DNA of 42,492 nt from Nemertoderma westbladi. Its lineage: Eukaryota; Animalia; Xenacoelomorpha. A program made the position numbers and the translations under genes. Where the stretch lies: contig JAUCBJ010004121.1 in assembly GCA_032718475.1 (NCBI GenBank), positions 1-42,492 on the forward strand, written 5' to 3'. Below, one piece after another: positions 1 through 14,000 of this stretch. The notes beneath the pieces were generated by a model that was not told the origin of the DNA, did not search any database, and saw nothing but the letters and a program-made list of their open reading frames with translations. Position 1 is the first letter of the stretch; the number at the start of each line of letters is the position of its first letter.

Positions 1-579
1 GCGCTATTTACTGTAGCAAGTATGGAAGAGGTGGACGCGAACTTAGACACCCCGCACCACACCACAACTTCCAGTAAAAACCACGTATTTGAGACACGTG
101 CTTTAGTTCCGGAATATCCTCAGTTTTACGTAATACCTCGCAGTCGTCTGGCCGTACGTAATAGCGGGATATATTACCGCTGACGCGTTTGTCTGATTCT
201 GAGGAGATAGGCGTTAGCTGAACTCTATTAGCCAGACACATACAGCAGGCCAGACCCTTATTATACAGTTTATTATGATGAACTGTGGCTCTGTTTGTTG
301 TGGAAAATGATCCTCCCATATATAATCGAAGCTGTTAACAAATTATACTGGTGAACCCATGAAGGAAAGCTTATCCTTCTGAGAAAGGCGACCTCCACGC
401 CGGAATTTAATCGCTTTAGTTTTCTTTAAATTAACAGTTAACTGATTCTCTCTACAATAAACGAGACCGGCTTGAACCTCCTGAATGGATCTCCCTGCGA
501 TCACCAGATCGTCAGCATAGAATATTGCTAGGCACCCCCGGCGTCAAATATAGCCGGGAGGTCCGGCGTATATAAACTG

Positions 580-3180
580 TATTTTTATTTATTTCATAAA
601 AATCGGACAGGCCGACAGTTTAAAATACGTCAAACAAACACACAATTTACAGGTTAAAATCCTCAGTAGGTAGGCTAATTAGCTACTAAATCACACATCA
701 ATTTAGATCTATTGATCAATAACTTAAATCACATTGATTTGATACACCAAAGTAGTTGAGTATATAATGGCGTCTCCTTGCAAGTGGGAGGGACAGTTTG
801 TGGCACTGATCAATAAAAGAGGCGTCCATTCTATCCTTGATGGATGGTTCTCCGGGAGCCACCCTCGACAATATACTTTTGACTGAGTATTTCATCGTTG
901 CCAGTGAACTCAAGTAGGGAAGTGAGAATCTCGCAGATGCTTTAGCGTATATGCTGCCAAGACCAATGTAATTGCTGCCACTACTGGTAACATTGCGTAT
1001 GAGGGTGATGCCGAGCCCAGAGTTCAAGCTTGTATTTGGGCAGCTCCGCAAACTCATGATTGTCCGAATAGAGGACCTGAACACATCATTGGCAAATATA
1101 CTACCATTAAATAGCAAATATAAGGTGGAGTTACTGGCATATCGCCCAATACATAACAAACCCCTTAGGAGCCTCCTATAATGAATTTCCAGGATTTCAA
1201 TCTGCGATTGTGATAGGGCACCAAGAAGGAATTTAAGTCTATATAAAATCGAGGGCACGCCCACAGCCTTCCACAATCTAACCACTGTCTTGCAGTCCAA
1301 CCACTTAACGGTCCATGATTTCCTGCGGAAAATTGCATGGACCACCGACATGGTCCTTATGCAGTATTGTAGAGCATCCTGTTTCTTTACGGCAAGGTTG
1401 AATCCGAGGAATACCAACTCTTTCGCTTCAGGTATGAGAGTATTATTTAACACCAGAAATGCTGGATGCTGTGATGTTGAGCTGTATATCCACTTCGTCT
1501 TGGATTTTTCAATATCCAATCCAATTTTCTTAGTTTCCTCGGATATGATTCTCACCATATATTGCATCTCTAAACCAGTGGAGGCAAGTAACAGAAAGTC
1601 ATCGGCATAGCTTAATGCACCTAGCCACGTGCTATCAATATTACAGCCAACTCCTTTTGATTGCAACTCATTCAAAATAGAGGCAGTGAATATGTTGAAC
1701 AAGATAGGTGATAGAACGGATCCTTGTTTTACTCCTTTTCCCAATGTGTAATATGTGTATTTTATCGAATCCCCAAATTTTAGAAAGATTTTGGTGCATC
1801 TGTAATAATCACAGAGTACAAGCACGATATGTGGATTTAGAAACTCAGTCAGCCGACGAAAAAGCTTATAGTAATTAACATCATCAAACGCAGATTTTAT
1901 GTCCAGCTGACACATGAAAATCGACGAGTCACGCTGCTTATAATACTCCACACATTCAAGTGCAAGGGATATAATCATATCGGCACTAAGTTTCTTTTTA
2001 TACCCGAATTGATTGACGTTCGTATGTGCAGCCGCACTGGAAGGAAAATATAGCGTTAGTATCAAGGCCTCAAATACCTTCGCAAGTAGGTTCACAGTAG
2101 CTATTGGTCTATATGAAGTATCATGGAGAGGATTTTTGTTCTTTCCTTTGTAGATATGTGTGATGATTGTTTCTCCAAAAGAAGTCGGAACCCTGCCAAG
2201 TTTTATTGCAGCGTTAAATATATTAGCAACGCTGTCTGATAGTGATCCTGGGTATGAATACAACAGATGTTCTGCAACCAAAGACCCTTGTCAGGGGCCT
2301 TCCCCTTCTTCAGTTTTGAAATAATTTTCCTAACAGTTACAGGAGAGACAGATGGCATTGTGACATTACTCTTATTTCCCTTTAACTCGTTGACTAATCC
2401 CACAAGACATTGTTTGTCATCGCTTCCAGTAGTATCCTGTTGAAACCGATTTTCAATAGATTGTTGCACAGCCAGTGGTACAGTCACAGCGCGGTTATTA
2501 CCAAAGTATGACCAGAATCGCTTGGGGCTATTTTTATATAAACTTGATGCTTTCAGCAGATTTGTACGCACCTTGTCCTTTATAAGTTTGCTCTGTAGAT
2601 GACGAACAACCGCTTTAGAAGATTGGAACGCTTTCCTCAAATGCTCCTTCACCTTATTATCAGTCGCTTGCTTCCACATGCTGTGCAAACGTCTTGTCAC
2701 ATACCCTTTCCTTTAGTGAGGAACAGATGATCCACGGTTTGCGCCTTTGTCTAATCCGCCTCCGAATTGTTATGTGTCGCTGCGATGCACTAGATAAGAT
2801 GTCTTCAACTCTTGCAGTATAATTATGGAGATCCTGTATCGTCCATGTGCATAATTTTCTTTCATAATTGTTATTTAGCTCAATTAGTTCCGTTTCCACC
2901 ATGTTTGCATATGCTTCAATCTTCTTTTTCGTAGCGCGGTTCCAATTATAACGAACAATACTCAAGTGTTTTGCAGTTTTTGATGCATCAGGGTTATGTG
3001 ATTTTGTTGGTGTCTCTATCCCAATAGTTGCTACTACTGGAACGTGATCGGAGTTGTTAACTGAAGGATCCATAGACAACACCTTCACTCCAATGCCTAC
3101 TCCACTTCTATAAAGCTTGTATTTCGGTCCTGAGAATGAAATATGTGTGTCCACTGACAAACAATAAAGGAGAAAGCTTA
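580..3180 (-). mobile_element. 5'-truncated, frameshifted non-LTR retrotransposon (APE endonuclease C-terminus + reverse transcriptase)
   Basis: Three overlapping minus ORFs join into one ORF2 with frameshifts near 2700 and 2285. 2660-3184 has the APE end motif SDHVPV and ...KPW. 2203-2700 has PKRFW and GKAPD. 716-2281 has the RT motifs YRPIA, QFGY, LDIKSAFD, GVKQGSVLSPILF and YADD. An AATAAA-like A-rich tract on the minus strand near 585-595 suggests the 3' end. Boundaries are approximate and the clade is not resolved. Confidence 0.9.
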
Positions 3181-4030
3181 TCACCCTGGACTACCCCGAT
3201 AGTGTGGGTGATCAGGCTGTTTCATGAACTTATCCATTTCAAGTCGTCATACATAACACAGCAACAGTTGTCAATCGCAGTTGATTGGCTAATACTGTAA
3301 TATAAAATAAAAATATAGCAGGTATCTAAAATAAAAAAAATGATTAATATACCGTAGGTATAAGTATTTGTTTGGATGATTCAAGTTAATTTTCTAGAAT
3401 AGTATTTATTTCAACCGTACTGGTATCGTAGAGTTGCTGCGAATTAGGCCTATGCCACAAAGAGTTTCTTACCACCAGTCTATATTAGTTTTACGCATTC
3501 TATTTGCAAACAAATACTGCACTACGAATTATATATATTTATTTATCAAGCACAATAAGTAAAAAACCTTACCGGTAACCGGTAGTTGTGTTATAACCAA
3601 ATTATGTAAAAAATAAAAACCAATAAGACCTAGACGTTGCATGCAATCAGTGATCAGCTGACCTGGCAGCAGCCAGCTGATCGGTTGGTTTCGACCCGCA
3701 ACTGAAGGCATTCTCAGGAGGCCAAGCCAGGAAATGTAGAGAGAATTCACAAAGGGAGACAGAACGGCTATTGAAATGAAGAGAGAGGTTTGTAGGTAAC
3801 TAACCACTGGGAAGCAGCACCACAAACTTACGCCAATCACGTTTCTGCTTGTTCATAGCGGGCTTGCGTGTTTGAATGTAATACATCTCAAGCTTTTGCA
3901 AGACTGGCCGCAATGGGTGTCTGGCAATTACTTTTAAATGTTTAAACAATTCACGCCAGTCAGTCAGCCAACGTGTATTGGGCTCGCCGCGGTGCGTCAT
4001 GATGTGGTTGTGCAGTGTTTTACCCTGTAC

Positions 4031-7000
4031 TTTTAGTATCATTTCCACTGTCCGGGCTTGCTCAACCTAGTAGTAGAGTAGTAGGCCATAGCGTCGTAGA
4101 GTTAGAGTATCTTTTAGTATCATTTCCACTGTCCGAGCTCGCTCGACGTAGTAGTAGAGTAGTAGGCCATAGCGTCGTAGAGTTAGAGTATCTTTTAGTA
4201 TCATTTCCACTGTCCGAGCTCGCTCGACCTAGTAGTAGAGTAGTAGGCCGTAGTGTCGTAGAGTTAGAGTATCTTTTAGTATCATTTCCACTGTTCGAGC
4301 TCACTCGACCAAGTAGTAGAGTAGTAGGCCATAGCGTCGTAGAGTTAGAGTATCTTTTAGTATCACTTTCACTGTCCGAGCTCGCTCGACCAAGTAGTAG
4401 AGTAGTAGGCCATAGTGTCGTAGAGTTAGAGTATCTTTTAGTATCATTTCCACTGTCCGAGCTCGCTCGACCTAGTAGTAGAGTAGTAGGCCATAGCGTC
4501 GTAAAGTATCTTTTAGTATCATTCCCACCTTCCGAGCTCACTCGACCAAGTAGTAGAGTAGTAGGCCATAGCGTCGTAGAGTTAGAGTATCTTTTAGTAT
4601 CATTTCCACTGTTCGAGCTCGCTCGACCTAGTAGTAGAGTAGTAGGCCATAGCGTCGTAGAGTATCTTTTAGTATCATTCCCACCTTCCGAGCTCACTCG
4701 ACCACGTAGTAGAATAGTAGGCCATAGCGTCGTAAAGTATCTTTTAGTATCATTCCCACCTTCCGAGCTCACTCGACCAAGTAGTAGAGTAGTAGGCCAT
4801 AGCGTCGTAGAGTTAGAGTATCTTTTAGTATCATTTCCACTGTCCGAGCTCGCTCGACCAAGTAGTAGAGTAGTAGGCCACAGCGTCGTAGAGTTAGAGT
4901 ATCTTTTAGTATCATTCCCACCTTCCGAGCTCACTCGACCACGTAGTAGAATAGTAGGCCATAGCGTCGTAAAGTATCTTTTAGTATCATTCCCACCTTC
5001 CGAGCTCACTCGACCAAGTAGTAGAGTAGTAGGCCATAGCGTCGTAGAGTTAGAGTATCTTTTAGTATCATTTCCACTGTCCGAGCTCGCTCGACCAAGT
5101 AGTAGAGTAGTAGGCCGTAGTGTCATAGAGTTAGAGTATCTTTTAGTATCATTTCCACTGTCCGAGCTCGCTCGACCAAGTAGTAGAGTAGTAGGCCATA
5201 GCGTCGTAGAGTTAGAGTATCTTTTAGTATCATTTCCACTGTCCGAGCTCACTCGACCAAGTAGTAGAGTAGTAGGCCATAGCGTCATAGAGTTAGAGTA
5301 TCTTTTAGTATCATTTCCACTGTCCGAGCTTGCTCAACCTAGTAGTAGAGTAGTAGGCCGTAGTGTCATAGAGTTAGAGTATCTTTTAGTATCATTTCCA
5401 CTGTCCGAGCTCGCTCGACCAAGTAGTAGAGTAGTAGGCCATAGCGTCGTAGAGTTAGAGTATCTTATAGTATCATTTCCACTGTCCGAGCTCACTCGAC
5501 CAAGTAGTAGAGTAGTAGGCCATAGCGTCATAGAGTTAGAGTATCTTTTAGTATCATTTCCACTGTCCGAGCTCGCTCGACCAAGTAGTAGAGTAGTAGG
5601 CCGTAGTGTCATAGAGTTAGAGTATCTTTTAGTATCATTTCCACTGTCCGAGCTCGCTCGACCAAGTAGTAGAGTAGTAGGCCGTAGTGTCATAGAGTTA
5701 GAGTATCTTTTAGTATCATTTCCACTGTCCGAGCTCACTCGACCAAGTAGTAGAGTAGTAGGCCATAGCGTCATAGAGTTAGAGTATCTTTTAGTATCAT
5801 TTCCACTGTCCGAGCTTGCTCAACCTAGTAGTAGAGTAGTAGGCCGTAGTGTCATAGAGTTAGAGTATCTTTTAGTATCATTTCCACTGTCCGAGCTCGC
5901 TCGACCAAGTAGTAGAGTAGTAGGCCATAGCGTCGTAGAGTTAGAGTATCTTTTAGTATCATTTCCACTGTCCGAGCTCACTCGACCAAGTAGTAGAGTA
6001 GTAGGCCATAGCGTCATAGAGTTAGAGTATCTTTTAGTATCATTTCCACTGTCCGAGCTCGCTCGACCAAGTAGTAGAGTAGTAGGCCGTAGTGTCATAG
6101 AGTTAGAGTATCTTTTAGTATCATTTCCACTGTCCGAGCTAGCTCGACCAAGTAGTAGAGTAGTAGGCCGTAGGGTCGTAGAGTTAGAGTATCTTTTAGT
6201 ATCATTTCCACTGTCCGAGCTCGCTCGACCAAGTAGTAGAGTAGTAGGCCGTAGTGTCGTAGAGTTAGAGTATCTTTTAGTATCATTTCCACTGTCCGAG
6301 CTCGCTCGACCAAGTAGTAGAGTAGTAGGCCACAGCGTCGTAGAGTTAGAGTATCTTTTAGTATCATTTCCACTGTCCGAGCTCGCTCGACCAAGTAATA
6401 GAGTAGTAGGCCGTAGTGTCGTAGAGTTAGAGTATCTTTTAGTATCATTTCCACTGTCCGAGCTCGCTCGACAAAGTAGTAGAGTAGTAGGCCACAGCGT
6501 CGTAGAGTTAGAGTATCTTTTAGTATCATTTCCACTGTCCGAGCTCGCTCGACCTAGTAGTAGAGTAGTAGTAGGCCATAGCGTCATAGAGTTAGAGTAT
6601 CTTTTAGTATCATTTCCACTGTCCGAGCTCGCTCGACCAAGTAGTAGAGTAGTAGGCCATAGCGTCATAGAGTTAGAGTATCTTTTAGTATCATTCCCAC
6701 CTTCCGAGCTCACTCGACCAAGTAGTAGAGTAGTAGGCCATAGCGTCGTAGAGTTAGAGTATCTTTTAGTATCATTTCCACTGTTCGAGCTCGCTCGACC
6801 TAGTAGTAGAGTAAAGTAGGCCATAGCGTCGTAAAGTATCTTTTAGTATCATTCCCACCTTCCGAGCTCGCTCGACCTAGTAGTAGAGTAGTAGGCCATA
6901 GCGTCGTAGAGTTAGAGTATCTTTTAGTATCATTTCCACTGTCCGAGCTCGCTCGACAAAGTAGTAGAGTAGTAGGCCACAGCGTCGTAGAGTTAGAGTA

Positions 7001-7888
7001 TCTTTTAGTATCATTTCCACTGTCCGAGCTCGCTCGACCTAGTAGTAGAGTAGTAGTAGGCCATAGCGTCATAGAGTTAGAGTATCTTTTAGTATCATTT
7101 CCACTGTCCGAGCTCGCTCGACCAAGTAGTAGAGTAGTAGGCCATAGCGTCATAGAGTTAGAGTATCTTTTAGTATCATTCCCACCTTCCGAGCTCACTC
7201 GACCAAGTAGTAGAGTAGTAGGCCATAGCGTCGTAGAGTTAGAGTATCTTTTAGTATCATTTCCACTGTTCGAGCTCGCTCGACCTAGTAGTAGAGTAAA
7301 GTAGGCCATAGCGTCGTAAAGTATCTTTTAGTATCATTCCCACCTTCCGAGCTCGCTCGACCTAGTAGTAGAGTAGTAGGCCATAGCGTCGTAGAGTTAG
7401 AGTATCTTTTAGTATCATTTCCACTGTCCGAGCTCGCTCGACCAAGTAGTAGAGTAGTAGGCCATAGCGTCGTAGAGTTAGAGTATCTTTTAGTATCATT
7501 TCCACTGTCCGAGCTCGCTCGACCAAGTAGTAGAGTAGTAGGCCATAGCGTCGTAGAGTTAGAGTATCTTTTAGTATCATTTCCACTGTCCGAGCTCGCT
7601 CGACCAAGTAGTAGGCCGTAGTGTCGTAGAGTGAGAGTATCTTTTAGTATCATTTCCACTGTCCGATCTCGCTCGACCAAGTAGTAGAGTAAAGTAGGCC
7701 ATAGCGTCGTAGAGTTAGAGTATCTTTTAGTATCATTTCCACTGTCCGAGCTCGCTCGACCAAGTAGTAGAGTAGTAGGCCATAGCATCATAGAGTTAGA
7801 GTATCTTTTAGTATCATTTCCACTGTTCGAGCTCGCTCGACCAAGTAGTAGAGTAGTAGGCCATAGTGTCGTAGAGTTAGAGTATCAT
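4031..7888. repeat. 81-bp tandem repeat array (~48 units, with 75- and 84-bp variants)
   Basis: Unit ttagtatcatttccactgtccgagctcgctcgaccaagtagtagagtagtaggccatagcgtcgtagagttagagtatctt. The ORF track shows the matching 27-aa periodicity. Confidence 0.97.
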
Positions 7889-9260
7889 TTAGAATCGCCT
7901 TTATAACGTACGCTTTTTTATTCTCTCAGAATTCGTGAATTTATCATCATGAATTGCCCATAAAGGATAAGTTTAAAGGGAAACAAAGTCAGATAATAAA
8001 AATGATAAAGTAATACGTGTAATTAAATAAATGATAAAATTATTCAAGTAATTATTCTAACACTCTCAGACAATAAAATTACATATCTTCGTCACCTAAT
8101 ATCAATTAATATAAAATATATAAACACCCGCAATGTAATATCGCAATCGGAAATAATAATGCAGCTTGTTTGGACGCACTGTGAAAAATTATACAAAATA
8201 CAAGTTCCATATAAATAGTCTGGGCTGGGTAATTAATAATTATACAACAACCTCTAATTAATTGAATTAATCTTCTTTAATTACACAAGACCAAATTTTG
8301 ATAATTTTGTATTTTTTACTACTACAGTTATGTATCACAACTACTAAAGCACCTACCTCAATGTTTTGCTTAGCATTACTAGCACTGCTACAAAGACAAA
8401 TCCAGTACGTAGCACTACTAGCTTTGCTACAAAGACACCTCCACGGTCATTCTCACCAAAATTGGCCAATCCATATTAGAAATTGTTCAGGTCAAAATTT
8501 ATATTTAGATTGATGAATTTTTAAGCGGTAAAATGTTTTATTAAATATGAAATCAGTCTTGATAAAGCTGCATATGATGTTTTCACGACTGAAAAGAAAT
8601 TAGTAGTAATTAGTTTACTATGTAAGCGCCCTAAAATAGCATATTTGGAAATGTACAGGTGAAATGTACATAACATTTAATGAATTGTAGAATGATGTCA
8701 TTTGGTTCTTGGTGTTGAAATCTGTGCCTATTCTGTAGGCTTGAATAATTATCTAGCTGCTCAGGTTATGTTGCAGAGAATGTAAACATTTCCATTCAAG
8801 TTACACCATAAAAATGAAATAAAAATAAATAAATAAATAATAGAAATTAATAAATAAAAATTCCATTACGTTGCCTGTAATGTCCCAAATGCTATTAACG
8901 GCAAATTAATCATAAATTATCGCTTAATAGAATAAAAAAAAAGTTAGTGAAAATGATGCAGGGGGCAATTACTGTATATACAGCATCAAGTATGAACACA
9001 ATGGTTTGTCCCATGCATTTACGTACAAAATCTTCTTTCGAATTCGAATACATAATATATTGGCAAAAATAAGAAAAGTAATTCTAGTGGAATATAACAT
9101 GGCATTACACCCCCCCCCCCCCCCCACACCCCCCCACATCGATACAGGAACAAGATCAATTTGTCCCAGCATGTAAGTGCCTGTAATAGTCCCACAATTA
9201 AGTGTGGCTGTGAAAGCATTACATTGAGGGGCTGACCCTTCCTTGCCTGTAATGCCTAAG

Positions 9261-9692
9261 CCTGTTCAGCACGAATACTGGTCGCCAGACAGCTGCAGTG
9301 TACACGAGTGTTCTCAAGGTCTTCGAGGTTGTAGTTACAGATAACATACACGATTTAGTTATCTTTTCAGAATATAACTGATATCACAAACTTTCTTATA
9401 GTTGATTTCAGATTCACTAAGTAGTCAATATTGCAATCAATTCATCGTTCATTTGTTTAACAAATATGCCAAGAAGAATCTCGACAGTTTACAATGGATC
9501 TACACTGAGGCAGGTCACGGAAAGGGACCAGTTGATGGAATAGGAGGGGACATTAAAAGGATACTAGATGGCATTATTGGTATTGGTATGGATATTGGAG
9601 CGGCAACTTACAATGTTGAAACCATTGTCCAACAGATAAAAGAAAGGTCATCGTTACCTATCCCCATCGCTCTATCCCCTATACATCAATAG
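9261..9692 (+). pseudogene. Sola2-type DDD transposase fragment
   Basis: PVQHEYWS...SVH near 9261, then SDSLSSQY-N...W-YTEAGHGKGPVDGIGGDIKR (ORF 9402-9692). This matches the SD..SQY/HGKGPxDGxGG signature I associate with Sola2 transposases. It is internally deleted and frameshifted. Confidence 0.72.
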
Positions 9693-10000
9693 AGATCGAT
9701 GAGGCTCAATCTCTTCTAACACGCCCTCCACCGGGTATTCCGGGTATTAAGCTGTACAGCCCCCTGACATTCAACTAAAGTACATTTTGTAAAATTAGAA
9801 AGCAGCTTAATTATGTGGCATAACTTCGCGAATTTTGATCGCAGGGAGCTGATTTTGAGCTCATTCTGTTCGGATTACAACGGTTTTATTCGAATCCATG
9901 TCCAATATTATGATTTTATTATGTTTTCGCATCCAAAAACGTTGTGAAAAAAACACTTTTTTAAAAATTATTGTGTTTCACCATTCGACATTTTGCACTC

Positions 10001-10213
10001 TTAGCAAAAAAGCAAACAGTCGGCCGAAGCCGGGGGCGCCCAGAAGGCTCCTCTTTCGATAGTTACTACTCCTGTCCAGTTATTTAACTGGTATTCATTT
10101 TGATTTTATGGACCCCAGTGGATGAAAGGCTGAGTGGACACTGGCGGGGCTGTACCTACAGTACAACCAATAGATTACAGGCCCGGCGCTCAACCAACTG
10201 AGCTACCCCCGCC
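10001..10213 (-). mobile_element. tRNA-derived SINE with 10-bp TSD
   Basis: The minus strand begins GGCGGGGGTAGCTCAGTTGGTTGAGCGC (tRNA-like head/A-box), has a central ccactcagcctttcatcc segment and ends ...gaggagccttctgggcgcccccggcttcggccgactgtttgc. It is flanked by identical TTTTGCACTC at 9991-10000 and 10214-10223. Confidence 0.85.
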
Positions 10214-11057
10214 TTTTGCACTCCAATATAGCAATAATTGATGGTTTCAAAATATATATGGGTTTAGAGGTTTTGATTTAGCGGCATCCCAATAATTAGT
10301 CTCAAATTCATCCTATTCGTTGTATTTCTTAAATTTATCGGAATCTTGTAACTATACAACTCAGTTAAAATCGTTGCCTTTCAACAATATGGTTATATAT
10401 GGTGGAAAATTTCCATAGCAACAGACAAACTACAGAATTAATTGTTGATCTGCCTCCTAGGTTGCATTCTATTGGGATGTTTGAACGAACATAGATAGAG
10501 ATACCGTACAGTTGTAAATAGTACTGTGGCTGTAAAGAATCTAAATTATAAAAATTATCAAATTTATCAGAAGTTTTCAAAATAACGCAATAAGAACTTA
10601 TATTTTGTAATAGTATCTGTTAAAGTACTCATTAATATACAGTAATGACATCGATCATAAAGTATCTCAACCATAATGTTATATTTTATTTTAATCATTT
10701 ATTTCAGACCAAAACGAATAGTCCATATTTATTAGGCACCGGTAAAATTCCAAATATGTAAGATAAAGAGTTACAGCACAAGTTATGCAAATAAAACAGA
10801 GCGCGTACGTACATTATGACCAATTAATGGGCTGTCTGCTCTGCCGCAAATGCGATAGGTTTCCATGGAAATATTATAAATAAATATCTGTTATAATTAA
10901 ACCACGTCTTACTAAATACATTCCTATAATAATAATTACAAAAAACGACGAATTTGATACATTTGAGACGTAATTATTGCAATGCTGCGAAATAAAAACC
11001 CTTCAACCCATATATTTTTGAAATCAGCAATAATTACTGATCCATTATAGTGCAAAG
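10214..11057. mobile_element. Degenerate inverted-repeat (MITE-like) element nested in the Sola2-like relic
   Basis: 10214-10290 (ttttgcactc...tttcaaaatatatatgggttt..agcggcat) is an imperfect reverse complement of 10980-11057 (atgctgcgaaataaaaaccc..cccatatatttttgaaa..agtgcaaa). The true ends are unclear. Confidence 0.55.
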
Positions 11058-14000
11058 GATATCTGGACTTTAGTGTGAAGGATATCTGGACTTTAGTGTG
11101 AAGGATATCTAGACTTTAGTGTGAAGGATATCTGGACTTTAGTGTGAAAGATATCTGGACTTTAGTGTGAAAGATATCTGGACTTTAGTGTGAAGGATAT
11201 CTGGACTTTAGTGTGAAGGATATCTGGACTTTAGTGTGAAGGATATCTGGACTTTAGTGTGAAGGATATCTGGACTTTAGTGCAAAGGATATCTGGACTT
11301 TAGTGTGAAGGATATCTGGACTTTAGTGTGAAGGATATCTAGACTTTAGTGTGAAGGATATCTGGACTTTAGTGTGAAAGATATCTGGACTTTAGTGTGA
11401 AGGATATCTGGACTTTAGTGTGAAGGATATCTGGACTTTAGTGTGAAGGATATCTGGACTTTAGTGTAAAGGATATCTGCATTTGAGTGTGAAGGATATC
11501 TGGACTTTAGTGTGAAGGAAATCTGGACTTTAGTGTGACGGATATCTGGACTTTAGTGTGAAGGATATCTGGACTTTAGTGTGAAGGATAGGATATCTGG
11601 ACTTTAGTGTGAAGGATAGAATATCTGGACTTTAGTGTGAAGGATAGGATATCTGGACTTTAGTGTGAAAGATATCTGGACTTTAGTGTGAAGGATATCT
11701 GGACTTTAGTGTGAAGGATATCTGGACTTTAGTGTGAAGGATATCTGGACTTTAGTGTGAAGGATATCTGGACTTTAGTGTGAAGGATATCTGGACTTTA
11801 GTGTGAAGGATATCTGGACTTTAGTGTGAAGGATATCTGGACTTTAGTGTGAAGGATATCTGGACTTTAGTGTGAAGGATATCTGGACTTTAGTGTGAAG
11901 GATATCTGGACTTTAGTGTGAAGGATATCTGGACTTTAGTGTAAAGGATATCTGCACTTGAGTGTGAAGGATATCTGGACTTTAGTGTGAAGGATATCTG
12001 GACTTTAGTGTGAAGGATATCTGGACTTTAGTGTGAAGGATATCTAGACTTTAGTGTGAAGGATATCTGGACTTTAGTGTGAAGGATAGGATATCTGGAC
12101 TTTAGTGTGAAGGATAGAATATCTGGACTTTAGTGTGAAGGATAGGGTATCTGGACTTTAGTGTGAAAGATATCTGGACTTTAGTGTGAAGGATATCTGG
12201 ACTTTAGTGTGAAGGATATCTGGACTTTAGTGTGAAGGATATCTGGACTTTAGTGTGACGGATATCTGGACTTTAGTGTGAAGGATATCTGGACTTTAGT
12301 GTGAAGGATAGGATATCTGGACTTTAGTGTGAAGGATAGAATATCTGGACTTTAGTGTGAAGGATAGGATATCTGGACTTTAGTGTGAAAGATATCTGGA
12401 CTTTAGTGTAAAGGATATCTGCATTTGAGTGTGAAGGATATCTGGACTTTAGTGTGAAGGATATCTGGACTTTAGTGTGACGGATATCTGGACTTTAGTG
12501 TGAAGGATATCTGGACTTTAGTGTGAAGGATAGGATATCTGGACTTTAGTGTGAAGGATAGAATATCTGGACTTTAGTGTGAAGGATAGGATATCTGGAC
12601 TTTAGTGTGAAAGATATCTGGACTTTAGTGTGAAGGATATCTGGACTTTAGTGTGAAGGATATCTGGACTTTAGTGTGAAGGATATCTGGACTTTAGTGT
12701 GAAGGATATCTGGACTTTAGTGTAAAGGATATCTGGACTTTAGTGTGAAGGATATCTGGACTTTAGTGTGAAGGATATCTGGACTTTAGTGTGAAGGATA
12801 TCTGGACTTTAGTGTGAAGGATATCTGGACTTTAGTGTGAAGGATATCTGGACTTTAGTGTGAAGGATATCTGGACTTTAGTGTGAGGGATATCTGGACT
12901 TCAGTGTGAAGGATATCTGGACTTTAGTGTAAAGGATATCTGGACTTTAGTGTGAAGGATATCTGGACTTTAGTGTGAAGGATATCTGGACTTTAGTGTG
13001 AAGGATATCTGGACTTTAGTGTGAAGGATATCTGGACTTTAGTGTGAAGGATATCTGGACTTTAGTGTAAAGGATATCTGCACTTGAGTGTGAAGGATAT
13101 CTGGACTTTAGTGTGAAGGATATCTGGACTTTAGTGTGAAGGATATCTGGACTTTAGTGTGAAGGATATCTAGACTTTAGTGTGAAGGATATCTGGACTT
13201 TAGTGTGAAGGATAGGATATCTGGACTTTAGTGTGAAGGATAGAATATCTGGACTTTAGTGTGAAGGATAGGGTATCTGGACTTTAGTGTGAAGGATATC
13301 TGGACTTTAGTGTGAAGGATATCTGGACTTTAGTGTGAAGGATATCTGGACTTTAGTGTGAAGGATATCTGGACTTTAGTGTGAAGGATATCTGGACTTT
13401 AGTGTGAAGGATATCTGGACTTTAGTGTGAAGGATATCTGGACTTTAGTGTGAGGGATATCTGGACTTCAGTGTGAAGGATATCTGGACTTTAGTGTGAA
13501 GGATATCTGGACTTTAGTGTGAAGGATATCTGGACTTTAGTGTGACGGATATCTGGACTTTAGTGTGAAGGATATCTGGACTTTAGTGTGAAGGATAGGA
13601 TATCTGGACTTTAGTGTGAAGGATAGAATATCTGGACTTTAGTGTGAAGGATAGGATATCTGGACTTTAGTGTGAAAGATATCTGGACTTTAGTGTAAAG
13701 GATATCTGCATTTGAGTGTGAAGGATATCTGGACTTTAGTGTGAAGGATATCTGGACTTTAGTGTGACGGATATCTGGACTTTAGTGTGAAGGATATCTG
13801 GACTTTAGTGTGAAGGATAGGATATCTGGACTTTAGTGTGAAGGATAGAATATCTGGACTTTAGTGTGAAGGATAGGATATCTGGACTTTAGTGTGAAAG
13901 ATATCTGGACTTTAGTGTGAAGGATATCTGGACTTTAGTGTGAAGGATATCTGGACTTTAGTGTGAAGGATATCTGGACTTTAGTGTGAAGGATATCTGG

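Noticed and set aside
8-319. 103-aa ORF, and the 3529-4048 ORFs
   Set aside because: No recognisable motifs, so they cannot be supported as coding.
4015-7791. 934-aa and other long ORFs in the 81-bp array as genes
   Set aside because: They are by-products of a 3n repeat unit. They have no unique domains and frame-breaking variants occur.
10140-10213. tRNA gene
   Set aside because: Only the A-box/D-arm is tRNA-like, the T-arm/B-box is degenerate, and it sits within a TSD-flanked SINE.
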